64,000 bases of DNA from Minisyncoccota bacterium. GTDB taxonomy: Bacteria; Patescibacteriota; Minisyncoccia; Phycocordibacterales; Phycocordibacteraceae. The notes beneath the pieces are model-generated. The model made no database searches. It was not told the DNA's origin and saw nothing but the letters and a program-made list of their open reading frames with translations. The stretch is taken from NCBI GenBank assembly GCA_022841985.1, contig JALHQL010000002.1, positions 4,211 to 68,210 on the forward strand, in the 5' to 3' direction. The position numbers and the translations under genes are program-made. This document shows positions 38,067 to 48,291 of this stretch, piece after piece (within the stretch, counting starts at the first letter, position 1; each line of letters opens with the position of its first letter).

Positions 38067-38810
38067 ATGGACTCTGTAACCCAAAAAACCAGATTCTCGA
38101 TAAAAACCGACTCGTATGAGGGTCCATTTGAAGTGCTGCTCGATCTCATTGAGGCGCGCAAACTCTTGGTCAATGAACTCGCACTTGCAAACATCACTGA
38201 GGATTTTATCGCGCATGTCCGAGGACAGGCGACATTTCCAGTCGAAGAGACGGCAAACTTCATACAAATAGCAGCAACGCTTCTTCTTATAAAATCAAAA
38301 TCTCTTGTTCCTGATCTTGAATTGACCGAGGAAGAAAACGCGGACGTTGAGGACTTGAAACGGCGACTGGCAGCCTATGAAAAAGTTCGTATGGCAGCCC
38401 GTGAGCTCTCACGCCTTTTTGGGAAAAGAGTCATGCTGAAAGCAGGGGAGCGCCTTCCAGAAATAACTTTTGCACCCTCTCGAGACCTTTCCGCATCTGC
38501 ACTTGCCGAAGCGCTCGCGCGTATGATTGCTGCTCGTGAAAAAGTAACCGAACTACCTGAGGTACGCGTGAAGCCCTTGGTGACTATCGAAGAGATGATG
38601 GATAGACTCGCGAAGCGTGTTGAGAGAGCGCTCACTCTTTCTTTCAAGGAATTCGCAGGGAACGCAAAAGAAAAAGTAGAAATTATTATTTCTTTTCTCG
38701 CACTCCTTGAGCTCGTAAAGCAGGGTGCGGTTGCCGCTGAGCAATATGACGTCCATGGCGATATACGCATAAGCCACACCGCTCCCACCTCCATCCCACA
38801 CTACGAATAA
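38067..38810 (+). CDS. scpA: Segregation/condensation protein A
   Basis: YEGPFEVLLDLI, LLLIKSKSL, FLALLELVK. Confidence 0.93.
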   Translation: MDSVTQKTRFSIKTDSYEGPFEVLLDLIEARKLLVNELALANITEDFIAHVRGQATFPVEETANFIQIAATLLLIKSKSLVPDLELTEEENADVEDLKRRLAAYEKVRMAARELSRLFGKRVMLKAGERLPEITFAPSRDLSASALAEALARMIAAREKVTELPEVRVKPLVTIEEMMDRLAKRVERALTLSFKEFAGNAKEKVEIIISFLALLELVKQGAVAAEQYDVHGDIRISHTAPTSIPHYE

Positions 38811-38857
38811 ACACAGCCGTCTTTGACAAAGTGTTGTGAGGATATAGTATGCATTGC

Positions 38858-39412
38858 ATGACTAACCTCATTGCGAAGAAAATTTTTTTTACAAAAGGAG
38901 TCGGAGTGCACAAAGATTATCTCACCTCATTTGAACTAGCTCTTCGAGATGCCGACATTGCGGCATACAATCTCGTAACGGTTTCCAGTATTTTCCCACC
39001 AAACTGCAAACGAATAAGCCGCGAAGAAGGCGTCAAACTTCTTCATCCAGGATCGGTGGTTTTCTGCGTAATGGCGAGATTGGCAACGAACGAGCCTAAT
39101 CGGCTCATCGCCGCTTCTATCGGCTGCGCTCTCCCTCAAGACGCCAACCAGTATGGCTATCTTTCAGAGCATCACCCGTATGGAGAAACTGAAAATAAAG
39201 CTGGCGAATATGCGGAGGATTTGGCCGCAAGCATGCTTGCTACAACTCTTGGTATTGATTTTGATCCTAATACTGCATGGGACGAGCGTGAACAGCAATT
39301 CAAAATGTCTGGGAAAATCGTCAAGACATTCAATTCGACCCAGTCAGCTGTCGGCAATAAGGACGGGCTTTGGACTACGGTCATTGCCTCTGCAGTTTTC
39401 ATTATGGAGTAA
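38858..39412 (+). CDS. pdaD: Pyruvoyl-dependent arginine decarboxylase
   Basis: [20 protein letters not shown] cleavage site, [22 protein letters not shown]. Confidence 0.92.
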   Translation: MTNLIAKKIFFTKGVGVHKDYLTSFELALRDADIAAYNLVTVSSIFPPNCKRISREEGVKLLHPGSVVFCVMARLATNEPNRLIAASIGCALPQDANQYGYLSEHHPYGETENKAGEYAEDLAASMLATTLGIDFDPNTAWDEREQQFKMSGKIVKTFNSTQSAVGNKDGLWTTVIASAVFIME

Positions 39413-39484
39413 CGGTGATCAATTCTGAAAACCGTCAAATAAGAACGTTGCCGAGGCAGGGAAGCGTGGGTTATACTCTGAAAG

Positions 39485-40048
39485 ATGCTTACCCCTCCTG
39501 CCACTGTAGAAGCCATACTCTTTGCTTCTGGTGAGTCCATTCGAAAAGAACATCTCGCCACGCTTCTCAGTATCACCGAGACTGAGCTTGAAGCAGTGCT
39601 CAGAGCGCTTTCCGATTCGCTAAAAGGACGCGGTATCGCACTTCTTGAAACCGAAACGGCAGTAGAATTACGCACCTCTCCTGAAGCATTCGATATCATA
39701 AAGAAGCTTCGTGAAAACGAATTCACACGCGATCTTGGTTCGGCTGGTCTTGAGACGTTTGCAGTCATTGCATATCAAGAAGGAGCGACGAGGAGTGACA
39801 TTGACTGGGTACGCGGTGTTAATTCCTCAACGTCGCTCCGAACACTTCTCTTGCGCGGTCTCATTGAAGGAGTAGCCGACCCGCTCGACAAACGACGTAT
39901 TCGGTACAATCTGACGACAGAAGCGCTTGCGCATTTAGGTGTCGCGCGCGCAAGCGAACTTCCTCGCGCCACAGAGCTTAAAGAAACTACGGCTGCAATC
40001 ATTGAGGAAGAAGCTGCGCATGCTGCTGCCGAAGATCTTCCCACATAA
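39485..40048 (+). CDS. scpB: Segregation/condensation protein B
   Basis: VEAILFA, LETFAVIAY, IDWVRGVNS. Confidence 0.93.
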   Translation: MLTPPATVEAILFASGESIRKEHLATLLSITETELEAVLRALSDSLKGRGIALLETETAVELRTSPEAFDIIKKLRENEFTRDLGSAGLETFAVIAYQEGATRSDIDWVRGVNSSTSLRTLLLRGLIEGVADPLDKRRIRYNLTTEALAHLGVARASELPRATELKETTAAIIEEEAAHAAAEDLPT

Positions 40049-40057
40049 ACTCCTATC

Positions 40058-41005
40058 ATGGACACCGACGAACTTCAAAAATCCGCTCTTCGCACTCGCT
40101 TTATGCGCGAGACTGGTATCGCGCTCTTGCTCGCCTCGAGCATCTTGGCGCTTTCCCTTTTCATAACAATTGAGCCCGGGGAGGCCATTCCTGCGTCAAT
40201 AACCGTAGCAACCTCAACCGCGCCTAACGCATTTGCAGAGATCCCTCTCGAAGCAAGTGCGGCGATCGTCTACGATCTCGCTCTCGGGGAAACCCTGTAT
40301 GCAAAAAACGCCGATGTACAACTCCCGCTCGCTTCGCTCACCAAACTTCTCACTGTCTATGCGGCACTCACTGAACTTGCGCCACATACGCCCATTACTA
40401 TCCCTGCCGAAGCAACAAATCTCGAAGGACCGCACGCCTTTAGGGAGGGGCAGATATTTGCACTTGATGATCTTGCACGTCTTACGCTCGTGGCCTCCCT
40501 TAATGATGGAGCCGCCGCCATCGCACACGCAACCGCTCTTCGTACAAATCGCTCGCAGTATGAGGCACTTGCAAGCGCGGCAGCGGCGCTTAATTTGTCA
40601 CAGACGTATGCCGTCAACGGTCATGGACTCGATATGAGCACCATGGTATCAGGCGGCTACGGCTCCGCGCGCGACCTTGCGCATCTTGCGGGTGCTCTCG
40701 TACAAAGATCTCCACATATCGCGGATGCGACAACTCAGGAATATGCAGAAGCTATCTCAGAAGGCGGCACTGCCTTCAAAGTGAGGAACACTAGTCCGAT
40801 AGTAGCCACTATTCCGGGCCTTATACTTTCAAAAACCGGCTATACTGATCTCGCAGATGGCAATCTCGTACTCGTCTTTGATGTCGGGATTAACCATCCG
40901 ATCGCAGTAGTCGTCCTCGGATCCTCAATGAAAGCCCGTTTTACTGATGGCACTATGCTTGTCGCGGCCACCTTTGCGCACTTAGCAGGAGTCCAATCTT
41001 TATGA
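40058..41005 (+). CDS. D-alanyl-D-alanine carboxypeptidase (S11)
   Basis: ASLTK (SxxK), SLN (SxN), KTG; N-terminal TM. Confidence 0.88.
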   Translation: MDTDELQKSALRTRFMRETGIALLLASSILALSLFITIEPGEAIPASITVATSTAPNAFAEIPLEASAAIVYDLALGETLYAKNADVQLPLASLTKLLTVYAALTELAPHTPITIPAEATNLEGPHAFREGQIFALDDLARLTLVASLNDGAAAIAHATALRTNRSQYEALASAAAALNLSQTYAVNGHGLDMSTMVSGGYGSARDLAHLAGALVQRSPHIADATTQEYAEAISEGGTAFKVRNTSPIVATIPGLILSKTGYTDLADGNLVLVFDVGINHPIAVVVLGSSMKARFTDGTMLVAATFAHLAGVQSL

Positions 41006-42066
41006 TTACTTCAAGTCTCATCAAAATATTTATTCCGGCTACCGCCGCATTTATAATAGGAATTCTTTTGGCTCCACTGCTCACTCACTATCTGTATAAG
41101 TTTCGTGTATGGAAAAAGGTGAGAGGGAAGACAGCTCTTGACGGTTCACACGCCGTCGAATTTGAAAAACTCAGAACAGACACTGAGACATCGACGCCGC
41201 GCATGGGCGGCATCCTCATCTGGATGAGCGTCATATTCGTGACGGTGGGGACATGGGCACTCGCCCAATTTATACCATCGCCTTTGACTGAAAAGCTTGA
41301 TTTCTTAAGCCGCAGTCAGACGTGGATACCACTTTTTACTCTCATTGCCGGGGCCTCTATGGGTTTCGTAAATGACTTACTTGATATTCAGCCGTCAGGC
41401 GAGCGAGGAGTGCGTTTGCGCACGCGACTTCTCTTCGTGACTCTCGTGTCTCTTTTTATTGGGTGGTGGTTTTACGCAAAGCTCGGCGTGACGGCTATCG
41501 GCATTCCCGCCGACGGTACTCTTGAGCTGGGGGTGTTTATTATCCTACTCTTCATATTGATTACACTCGGACTGTATGCGGGAGGCGTTATTGACGGCAT
41601 TGACGGGCTCGCAGGCGGAGTGTTCAGTTCGGCTTTCATGGCATATGCTGGTATCGCTTACTTTCAAGGACAATATGACATCGCAGCTTTTTCAGCGACT
41701 GTGACCGGGGCAATTCTTGCATTTTTATGGTTCAACATCCCTCCGGCGCGTTTTTGGATGACAGAAACCGGCACTATGGGCCTTACCATGACGCTCGCGG
41801 TAATCGCTTTCATGACGGATACGCTTGGAAATGGGTATGGTATCGCCGCACTTCCTATCATCGCATTCCCGCTCGTCATAACTGTCGTCTCAAATATCAT
41901 ACAAATTGCTTCAAAAAAACTGAGAGGGAAGAAAGTGTTCCTCATTGCTCCACTTCACCACCATTTTGAAGCTATCGGTTGGCCGGCATATAAAGTCACG
42001 ATGCGCTATTGGATTCTTTCGATTATTTGTGCCGTCATTGGGATGACTATCGCGCTTCTTAAGTAA
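41002..42066 (+). CDS. mraY: Phospho-N-acetylmuramoyl-pentapeptide transferase
   Basis: TPRMGG, DGIDGL, WFNIPPA, APLHHHFE. Confidence 0.95.
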   Translation: MITSSLIKIFIPATAAFIIGILLAPLLTHYLYKFRVWKKVRGKTALDGSHAVEFEKLRTDTETSTPRMGGILIWMSVIFVTVGTWALAQFIPSPLTEKLDFLSRSQTWIPLFTLIAGASMGFVNDLLDIQPSGERGVRLRTRLLFVTLVSLFIGWWFYAKLGVTAIGIPADGTLELGVFIILLFILITLGLYAGGVIDGIDGLAGGVFSSAFMAYAGIAYFQGQYDIAAFSATVTGAILAFLWFNIPPARFWMTETGTMGLTMTLAVIAFMTDTLGNGYGIAALPIIAFPLVITVVSNIIQIASKKLRGKKVFLIAPLHHHFEAIGWPAYKVTMRYWILSIICAVIGMTIALLK

Positions 42067-42067
42067 T

Positions 42068-43165
42068 ATGAAATTCATTTCTGGCGATCGCATTTTTCTT
42101 ATGCTTGTGTGCGGAATTTCGCTTGCTGGCTTTGCTATTTTTGCTTCAGCAGAACTCGGACTGCTCGCTCGTGAAAATAGCTCGATTTCTCGAGACATCA
42201 TGATACAAGGAGGGCTCGGTCTGGGGCTCGGTTTTTTTGCGCTCTTTCTCGCGCGCACAGTTTCGCTTGCGCGCATAAAACACTTTGCACCTCATATATA
42301 TGCAGCAACTATTCTTTTTACCGCGATGGTCTTTCTACCCGATATCGGACTCCGCGCCAATGGTGCAACACGTTGGATTGATCTCGGTTTTACGACCGTA
42401 CAGCCTGCGGAATTTTTGAAGATAGGTTTCGTCATCGTGCTTGCGTGGTGGCTTGCATCCCACGTGGGACAACTCTCAAACCCAAAAAAAGGATTGTTTC
42501 CGTTTATCGCTCTGCTTGCTGTGCCGATTATCCTCCTGCTTGCGCAACCGAATACATCGATGGTACTTCTCATTCTTGGTACGGGCACGGTGATGTATTT
42601 TGCCGCAGGAGCACCGTGGCGCGATTTCGGTATTCTTGCCATCGGCGCTATCTTAGCTCTCACTTTGGTTGTCCTCGCGAGACCTTATGTGCTTGAGCGC
42701 GTTAAAACATTTATCAATCCTTCGGCAAACTCCCTTGGTAGCGGCTATCAAATACAGCAATCTTTGATAGCCATCGGCTCCGGCGGCGTATCTGGCAGAG
42801 GATTCGGTCAAAGTGTAGGGAAATTCAATTATCTGCCAGAACCTACTGGCGACTCCATTTTTGCGGTGTTTGCAGAGGAGACTGGATTTATCGGTGCAAT
42901 GCTCTTACTCATACTCTTCATGGCACTCGCTGCGCGCGGCATCGTGATAGCCGGAAAGTCGCACGACCTCTTCGGCGGATGTATTGCGCTCGGTTTCTCT
43001 TCTCTCATCATCCTGCAGGCTTTTATCAATATCTCAGCGATGCTTGGCCTTATTCCGCTTACTGGCTTACCTCTGCCTTTTATTTCCAACGGAGGGACGG
43101 CGCTTGTCGTTGTGTTAATCATGTGCGGCTTTATCTTGAACGTCGCCGCTCATCGTAAAGTATAA
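42068..43165 (+). CDS. ftsW: SEDS family peptidoglycan polymerase FtsW
   Basis: GATRWI, QPAEFLK, GYQIQQS, LPEPTGDSIF, LPFISNGG; between mraY and murG. Confidence 0.92.
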   Translation: MKFISGDRIFLMLVCGISLAGFAIFASAELGLLARENSSISRDIMIQGGLGLGLGFFALFLARTVSLARIKHFAPHIYAATILFTAMVFLPDIGLRANGATRWIDLGFTTVQPAEFLKIGFVIVLAWWLASHVGQLSNPKKGLFPFIALLAVPIILLLAQPNTSMVLLILGTGTVMYFAAGAPWRDFGILAIGAILALTLVVLARPYVLERVKTFINPSANSLGSGYQIQQSLIAIGSGGVSGRGFGQSVGKFNYLPEPTGDSIFAVFAEETGFIGAMLLLILFMALAARGIVIAGKSHDLFGGCIALGFSSLIILQAFINISAMLGLIPLTGLPLPFISNGGTALVVVLIMCGFILNVAAHRKV

Positions 43166-43184
43166 ATCGTGTTATAATTCACGC

Positions 43185-44324
43185 ATGACTATTGTGTTTA
43201 CCGGCGGGGGAACGGGTGGACATTTTTATCCAATTATTGCCATCGCCGAAGCACTTGAGGATATCGTCCGAGAGAAACGCCTCATCGCTCCCATGCTCTA
43301 TTATCTCGCGCCAAACTCATTTGACGAAAAAGCGCTTTTTGAAAACGGCATCACCTATGTCCACATACCGGCAGGGAAAATGCGCCGCTATGCCTCATTC
43401 AGGAATGTAACGGACCTTTTTATCACAGCATTAGGAATTTTTTCCGCGACGATAACACTGTTTCGCTTATATCCAGACGTAGTGGTGAGCAAAGGAGGCT
43501 ACGGCAGCATGCCAACAGTGATTGCCGCACGACTACTTCGCATTCCAGTCATCATCCACGAATCAGACGCAAAGCCCGGCCGCGCAAATCTATTCGCTGC
43601 AAAATTTGCAACGAAAATAGCCATCTCCTTTGAAAGCGCGGCGTCATATTTTCCCAAACGCGTACAGAACAAGATTGCTCGTACCGGTATTCCAATCCGT
43701 AAGGCACTCATGCGAGTAGAGGTAGAGGGCGCGCAACAGTATCTAAAACTTGAAACAGGTATCCCCACAATTCTCGTCCTTGGCGGCTCCCAAGGTGCGA
43801 TGAAGATAAATGAGATGCTGCTCTCGTCTCTCTCGCGCCTTATTTCATTTGCAAATATTATCCATCAAACAGGGCAAGCGCATTTTACAAATGTGCAGGC
43901 AGTCGCTTCTGTCGTACTAGGGAAGGAACCCCATGCGGAACGATATCATCCAGTCGACTATCTCTCCGAAGTGTCGCTGCAAAGAGCTGCTGGCGTTGCC
44001 TCTATCATCGTCGCGCGCGCGGGAGCTAATTCTATCGCTGAAATCGGCCTTTGGAAAAAACCGGCTATCCTTATTCCTATTCCCGAGTCGGTGAGTCATG
44101 ACCAGCGCACTAATGCGTACGCCTATGCAAAAACAGGAGCTGCAGTCGTGCTCGATGAGGAGAATCTTACGCCGCATATTTTAACGTCAGAAATAGAGCG
44201 CATCACCAATGATCCGGAACTCGCCAAGAAAATGGGGGATTCGGCAGAAGGCTTTACCGACCCGGATGCCGCACGCATCCTCGCGACTGAAGTTCTTGCA
44301 ATCGCACTCCCGCACGAATCATGA
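43185..44324 (+). CDS. murG: MurG glycosyltransferase
   Basis: GGGTGGH, HESDAKPG, GGSQGA, DQRTNA. Confidence 0.96.
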   Translation: MTIVFTGGGTGGHFYPIIAIAEALEDIVREKRLIAPMLYYLAPNSFDEKALFENGITYVHIPAGKMRRYASFRNVTDLFITALGIFSATITLFRLYPDVVVSKGGYGSMPTVIAARLLRIPVIIHESDAKPGRANLFAAKFATKIAISFESAASYFPKRVQNKIARTGIPIRKALMRVEVEGAQQYLKLETGIPTILVLGGSQGAMKINEMLLSSLSRLISFANIIHQTGQAHFTNVQAVASVVLGKEPHAERYHPVDYLSEVSLQRAAGVASIIVARAGANSIAEIGLWKKPAILIPIPESVSHDQRTNAYAYAKTGAAVVLDEENLTPHILTSEIERITNDPELAKKMGDSAEGFTDPDAARILATEVLAIALPHES

Positions 44325-45763
44325 CCGCTGTTGTTACTCGATTTGCCCCTTCGCCGACCGGCTTTATGCACGTTGGCGGCGTACGTACCGCCCTCTATTC
44401 ATGGCTCTATGCTCGAAAGCATGGCGGGCGATTCATCCTCAGGATTGAGGACACTGATAAAGAACGGGAAGTCGCCGGGGCTATTCCGCACATCATAGAA
44501 TCTCTGGCATGGCTCGGTATCGAGTGGGACGAGGGTATCGATCGTGGTGGCCCACACGCACCTTACCTTCAATCCGAAAGACTTGATCTCTACCGTTCCT
44601 ATGCACATACACTTATCGCCGCCGGACATGCCTACCCCGACCCCTATACGGAGACCGAGGTAGAGGCATTCCGAAAAAAAGCCGAGGAAGAAAAACGACC
44701 ATTTCTTTTTCGTGACCACCGACCAGAAACATCTGATACTTGGGATGGAACAAAACCTTTGCGTTTCCGCGCGCCGAGAATCATACGCTATGAATGGAAC
44801 GATCTTGCTCGTGGCCGACTTGGAGCAGGAGAGGAAGCGGTGGACGACTTTATTCTCATAAAAGGCGACGGTTATCCGACCTATAACTTTGCTCATATTG
44901 TCGACGATATTGAAATGGGGGTAACGCACGTCATGCGTGGAGAGGAGTTTATTTCCTCAACTCCTAAATACCTTTCTCTCTATGAAGCTCTCGGAGTGAC
45001 TCCGCCCGCATTCGTGACCATGCCAGTCATCTTGAGTCCTGATGGCAAAAAGAAGTTGAGTAAGCGTGACGGCGCGAAAGATATCCTTGAGTATCGTAAC
45101 GAAGGGTACCTTCCTGAAGCACTGATGAACTTCCTCGCACTGCTCGGATGGAATCCAGGCACTGAGCAGGAATTTTTTTCAAAGGACGAACTCATACGAA
45201 CTTTCGATTTGAGCCGCATACAAATATCGGGAGCCGGTTTCGATGAGATAAAACTGCTTTCCGTAAATCAGCATTGGATGCGCCAACTTTCACTCGAGAA
45301 CTTCATTGCCCAAGGAGGTTTTTCGACATTCGACATTTCAAAGCTCAAAAAAACCGTTCCGCTTCTTAAGGAGCGTGCACATACATTTGCTGAAGCGCGT
45401 GAGATGCTTTCCGGCGAACTCTCCTGCCTCTTTAGCGAGCCGACACTCGAACGAGATCGTCTTGTGGCAAAAGAGCCGATAGAACGTTCTGGAATGACCT
45501 TGTCTGCCCTAAAAAGCCTTTATGAGGCTATAAAAACCATTCCTGATGGGGTATCTGCAGAAGCTGTAAAAGATGTTCTCATGCCGCTCGCTAACGCTGA
45601 GGAGGCAAAAGGGAAGGGAGGTCGGGGCGCGATGCTCTGGCCTTTACGATACACCCTTTCTGGACAAGAACGGTCCCCTGATCCTTTTACCCTTATCTCA
45701 ATTCTTGGTTCGGATGAAGCGCTTTCGCGCATACGAAAAGCTATTGGTATACTCGAAGGATGA
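44321..45763 (+). CDS. gltX: Glutamyl-tRNA synthetase
   Basis: RFAPSPTG, HVGG, RIEDTD, KLSKR. Confidence 0.97.
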   Translation: MTAVVTRFAPSPTGFMHVGGVRTALYSWLYARKHGGRFILRIEDTDKEREVAGAIPHIIESLAWLGIEWDEGIDRGGPHAPYLQSERLDLYRSYAHTLIAAGHAYPDPYTETEVEAFRKKAEEEKRPFLFRDHRPETSDTWDGTKPLRFRAPRIIRYEWNDLARGRLGAGEEAVDDFILIKGDGYPTYNFAHIVDDIEMGVTHVMRGEEFISSTPKYLSLYEALGVTPPAFVTMPVILSPDGKKKLSKRDGAKDILEYRNEGYLPEALMNFLALLGWNPGTEQEFFSKDELIRTFDLSRIQISGAGFDEIKLLSVNQHWMRQLSLENFIAQGGFSTFDISKLKKTVPLLKERAHTFAEAREMLSGELSCLFSEPTLERDRLVAKEPIERSGMTLSALKSLYEAIKTIPDGVSAEAVKDVLMPLANAEEAKGKGGRGAMLWPLRYTLSGQERSPDPFTLISILGSDEALSRIRKAIGILEG

Positions 45764-47106
45764 TGCGCACCGAGTTTTTGCTCTTTCTCTTCATACTTGC
45801 TTTCGGACTCCTTCTCGGAACTCCGAGATATGCGCTTGCCGATGCTGCATCAGATATTCAGGCACAAATTAACGTTAACAAACAACAGCTCAGTGCTCTT
45901 GAAGCAGAAATTGCGATATTCCAACAACAACTTAATGAACTGAGTAAGAAAAAGAATACGCTTCAGTCGACTATCAGCTCCCTAACCCTTTCCCAACAAC
46001 AGCTTGCCACTCAGATAAAAATAACTCAAAACAAAATTGTCTCGGCGAATCTGAAAATCAAAGAACTCTCGCTTTCCATCAGCGACAAAGAATCCTCTAT
46101 CACTGTTGGCCAAGAAGCAATCACCAAAATGCTCCGCACGGTCGCCGCAGACGAAAGAGAGTCGCTTATCACCAAACTGATTTCTTCATCTTCCTTAGGT
46201 GAGGCATGGGAAGCAGTTGATCAGACGATACTATTTAATCGAGCACTCGCCAATAACATCGACCGTTTGCGAACCATACGCACGGAGCTCGCTACGAATC
46301 GCGATCAGGTCACTGCGACAAAAGCAACACTGGTCGCTCTCCAAAACGACCTTACCCTTCAGAAAAGATCCGTCGATGCCAGCAAAGCAACGCAACAACA
46401 ATTACTCTCGCAAACCAAAAATCAAGAGTCAAACTATCAGAAGCTTATCGCACAAAAGCAGGCAGCCGAAAAAGCTTTTGAACAAGAGCTCAGAGACTTG
46501 CAGAGCAGATTGGACATTATCGTGAACCCTAATCTTTTGCCGAAAGTCGGTTCGGGCGTTCTGTCCTGGCCGATGAGTACTGCCTTTATGAACAACTGTA
46601 TGCAGCGGAAAAATGTATTTGGAAATCTTTTCTGTATTACGCAGTATTTCGGCAATACACCGTTCTCAACGGCAAACCCGCAGATCTATAATAATCGTGG
46701 GCATAATGCAATTGATTTTGGTACGCCAATTGGTACGCCGATTCAGGCATCGCTTTCCGGTGTCATCCTCGCCACCGGCGACACCGACAGTACTGCTGGC
46801 TGTATGAACGGTTCTTTTGGGAAATGGGTCATGATCCAGCATTACAATGGGCTCAATACCATGTATGCGCATCTCTCAACCATCGACGTATCAAAAGGAC
46901 AGACGGTTGGAACTGGACAAACAATTGGCTTGTCGGGCATGACAGGCTACGCTACCGGTCCACATCTTCACTTTGGCGTCTATGCGACTGAAGGAACTAA
47001 AATCATGACTCTGCGCCAGGACCGCGGCTCGAAAAAAGGCTGTGCCGATGCGATGATGCCAGTTGCAACTCTTACCGCCTATCTCAATCCGCTTTCGTAT
47101 CTCTAA
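45760..47106 (+). CDS. Coiled-coil + M23 peptidoglycan endopeptidase
   Basis: Signal peptide, long coiled coil, HNAIDF, YAHL, TGPHLHF. Confidence 0.9.
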   Translation: MMRTEFLLFLFILAFGLLLGTPRYALADAASDIQAQINVNKQQLSALEAEIAIFQQQLNELSKKKNTLQSTISSLTLSQQQLATQIKITQNKIVSANLKIKELSLSISDKESSITVGQEAITKMLRTVAADERESLITKLISSSSLGEAWEAVDQTILFNRALANNIDRLRTIRTELATNRDQVTATKATLVALQNDLTLQKRSVDASKATQQQLLSQTKNQESNYQKLIAQKQAAEKAFEQELRDLQSRLDIIVNPNLLPKVGSGVLSWPMSTAFMNNCMQRKNVFGNLFCITQYFGNTPFSTANPQIYNNRGHNAIDFGTPIGTPIQASLSGVILATGDTDSTAGCMNGSFGKWVMIQHYNGLNTMYAHLSTIDVSKGQTVGTGQTIGLSGMTGYATGPHLHFGVYATEGTKIMTLRQDRGSKKGCADAMMPVATLTAYLNPLSYL

Positions 47107-47713
47107 AACGCCACAGAAGTAGCGCCGCGTAGGTGCGATATGGTGACCATTTTTCTGCAATGACAAGCAGGGAAGTCCGCGACACATTTTTAGGCAGGCC
47201 ATAGATTGTCTCCATCGCACGAATAAGGCCGAGATCACCCGGCGAGAAAATGTCGTCACGACCGAGCGAATGCATCATGAACATTTCTACCGACCATGGC
47301 CCGAGTCCCCATATCCGTATAAGTTTTTTAACGGCTGTTGCTTCTGGAACTTTTTTTAATGCAAGTAGGTCAAGCGAATTGTCTGTAACCGCTGTGGCAA
47401 TTGCTTTCAATGTCTTTGTCTTTGCACCCGAAAGTCCCGCTTTTCGAAACTCGGTAAGCCGAGTTTCGAAAATTGATTTCGGAGACAATCGACCTCCGCA
47501 CACTCTCTTAACCCGTGCGAAGATAGTATCCGCTGCAGAGGTACCGAGTTGTTGCGAAATGACGATTGATACCAATGACGCAAATAATTCCTGCCGCGTG
47601 CGCTTTGCAGAAAGATGTTCAGGGAGGGAGGCATGCTGAGCTTTCGTCGCTTTATAAAAATGCGGGTCAACGCGCTTAAAGTGCCGTAAAGCTTCTGTCT
47701 TCTTTCTCGTCAT
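47084..47713 (-). CDS. alkA: DNA-3-methyladenine glycosylase II (AlkA/HhH-GPD)
   Basis: ISQQL, GLGPWSVEM, GDLG, WSPYRT. Confidence 0.9.
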   Translation of the reverse strand: MTRKKTEALRHFKRVDPHFYKATKAQHASLPEHLSAKRTRQELFASLVSIVISQQLGTSAADTIFARVKRVCGGRLSPKSIFETRLTEFRKAGLSGAKTKTLKAIATAVTDNSLDLLALKKVPEATAVKKLIRIWGLGPWSVEMFMMHSLGRDDIFSPGDLGLIRAMETIYGLPKNVSRTSLLVIAEKWSPYRTYAALLLWRFRDTKAD

Positions 47714-47764
47714 GCCAAGATAGTACCATCGGCCTGCTTTTGTGCTGTATACTGTCTGTATCCC

Positions 47765-47941
47765 ATGTATTCCATATTTAAAACCATGTTCTGGATATTC
47801 GTCCTTTTCCTTGCATTATCGTTTTTCGGCATCTCTATTCAAGCCATTATTAACTCCCCAGCCGGTCAAGAAAATTTCGGTTACCTCATCGATCTTCTCA
47901 TTCAAGCCTGGCAGTGGGCTACAGAATGGATTCGTCCATAA
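47765..47941 (+). CDS. Small membrane protein, 58 aa (not in ORF track)
   Basis: Hand translation MYSIFKTMFWIFVLFLALSFFGISIQAIINSPAGQENFGYLIDLLIQAWQWATEWIRP; TATACT upstream. Confidence 0.65.
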   Translation: MYSIFKTMFWIFVLFLALSFFGISIQAIINSPAGQENFGYLIDLLIQAWQWATEWIRP

Positions 47942-48092
47942 GAAGCTCTACCTGTAGAGATGCTAAGAGGGCTTTAGGTATAGAAGTGCGCAAAAGATAT
48001 ATTGTGCGAACTATTATTAAAACTCCAAGTGGACACTAGAGCCTTGAGCCTTGTTCCCTCTCTACTTTTACCTCCTAAGTTGTCTATGACTT

Positions 48093-48203
48093 TTACTTAG
48101 AAGCCATAATAACGACCTGTGCCAAACTTATGAGTGTACTCATTAATCCTGTTGCAAATGCATATATCTCAAGATTTTCTTTCCAATTCTTTTTACGCTT
48201 CAT
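48093..48203 (-). CDS. Putative 36-aa basic-hydrophobic peptide
   Basis: MKRKKNWKENLEIYAFATGLMSTLISLAQVVIMASK; fills an otherwise empty gap. Confidence 0.4.
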   Translation of the reverse strand: MKRKKNWKENLEIYAFATGLMSTLISLAQVVIMASK

Positions 48204-48291
48204 ATGAGAAAGGGTATCATGCCCACTCCCCTTTTTGCGGAAAAGGTTACTAAAAAGGCGTTTTTGGCTATAGTCCATTCCCATAAAAGTT

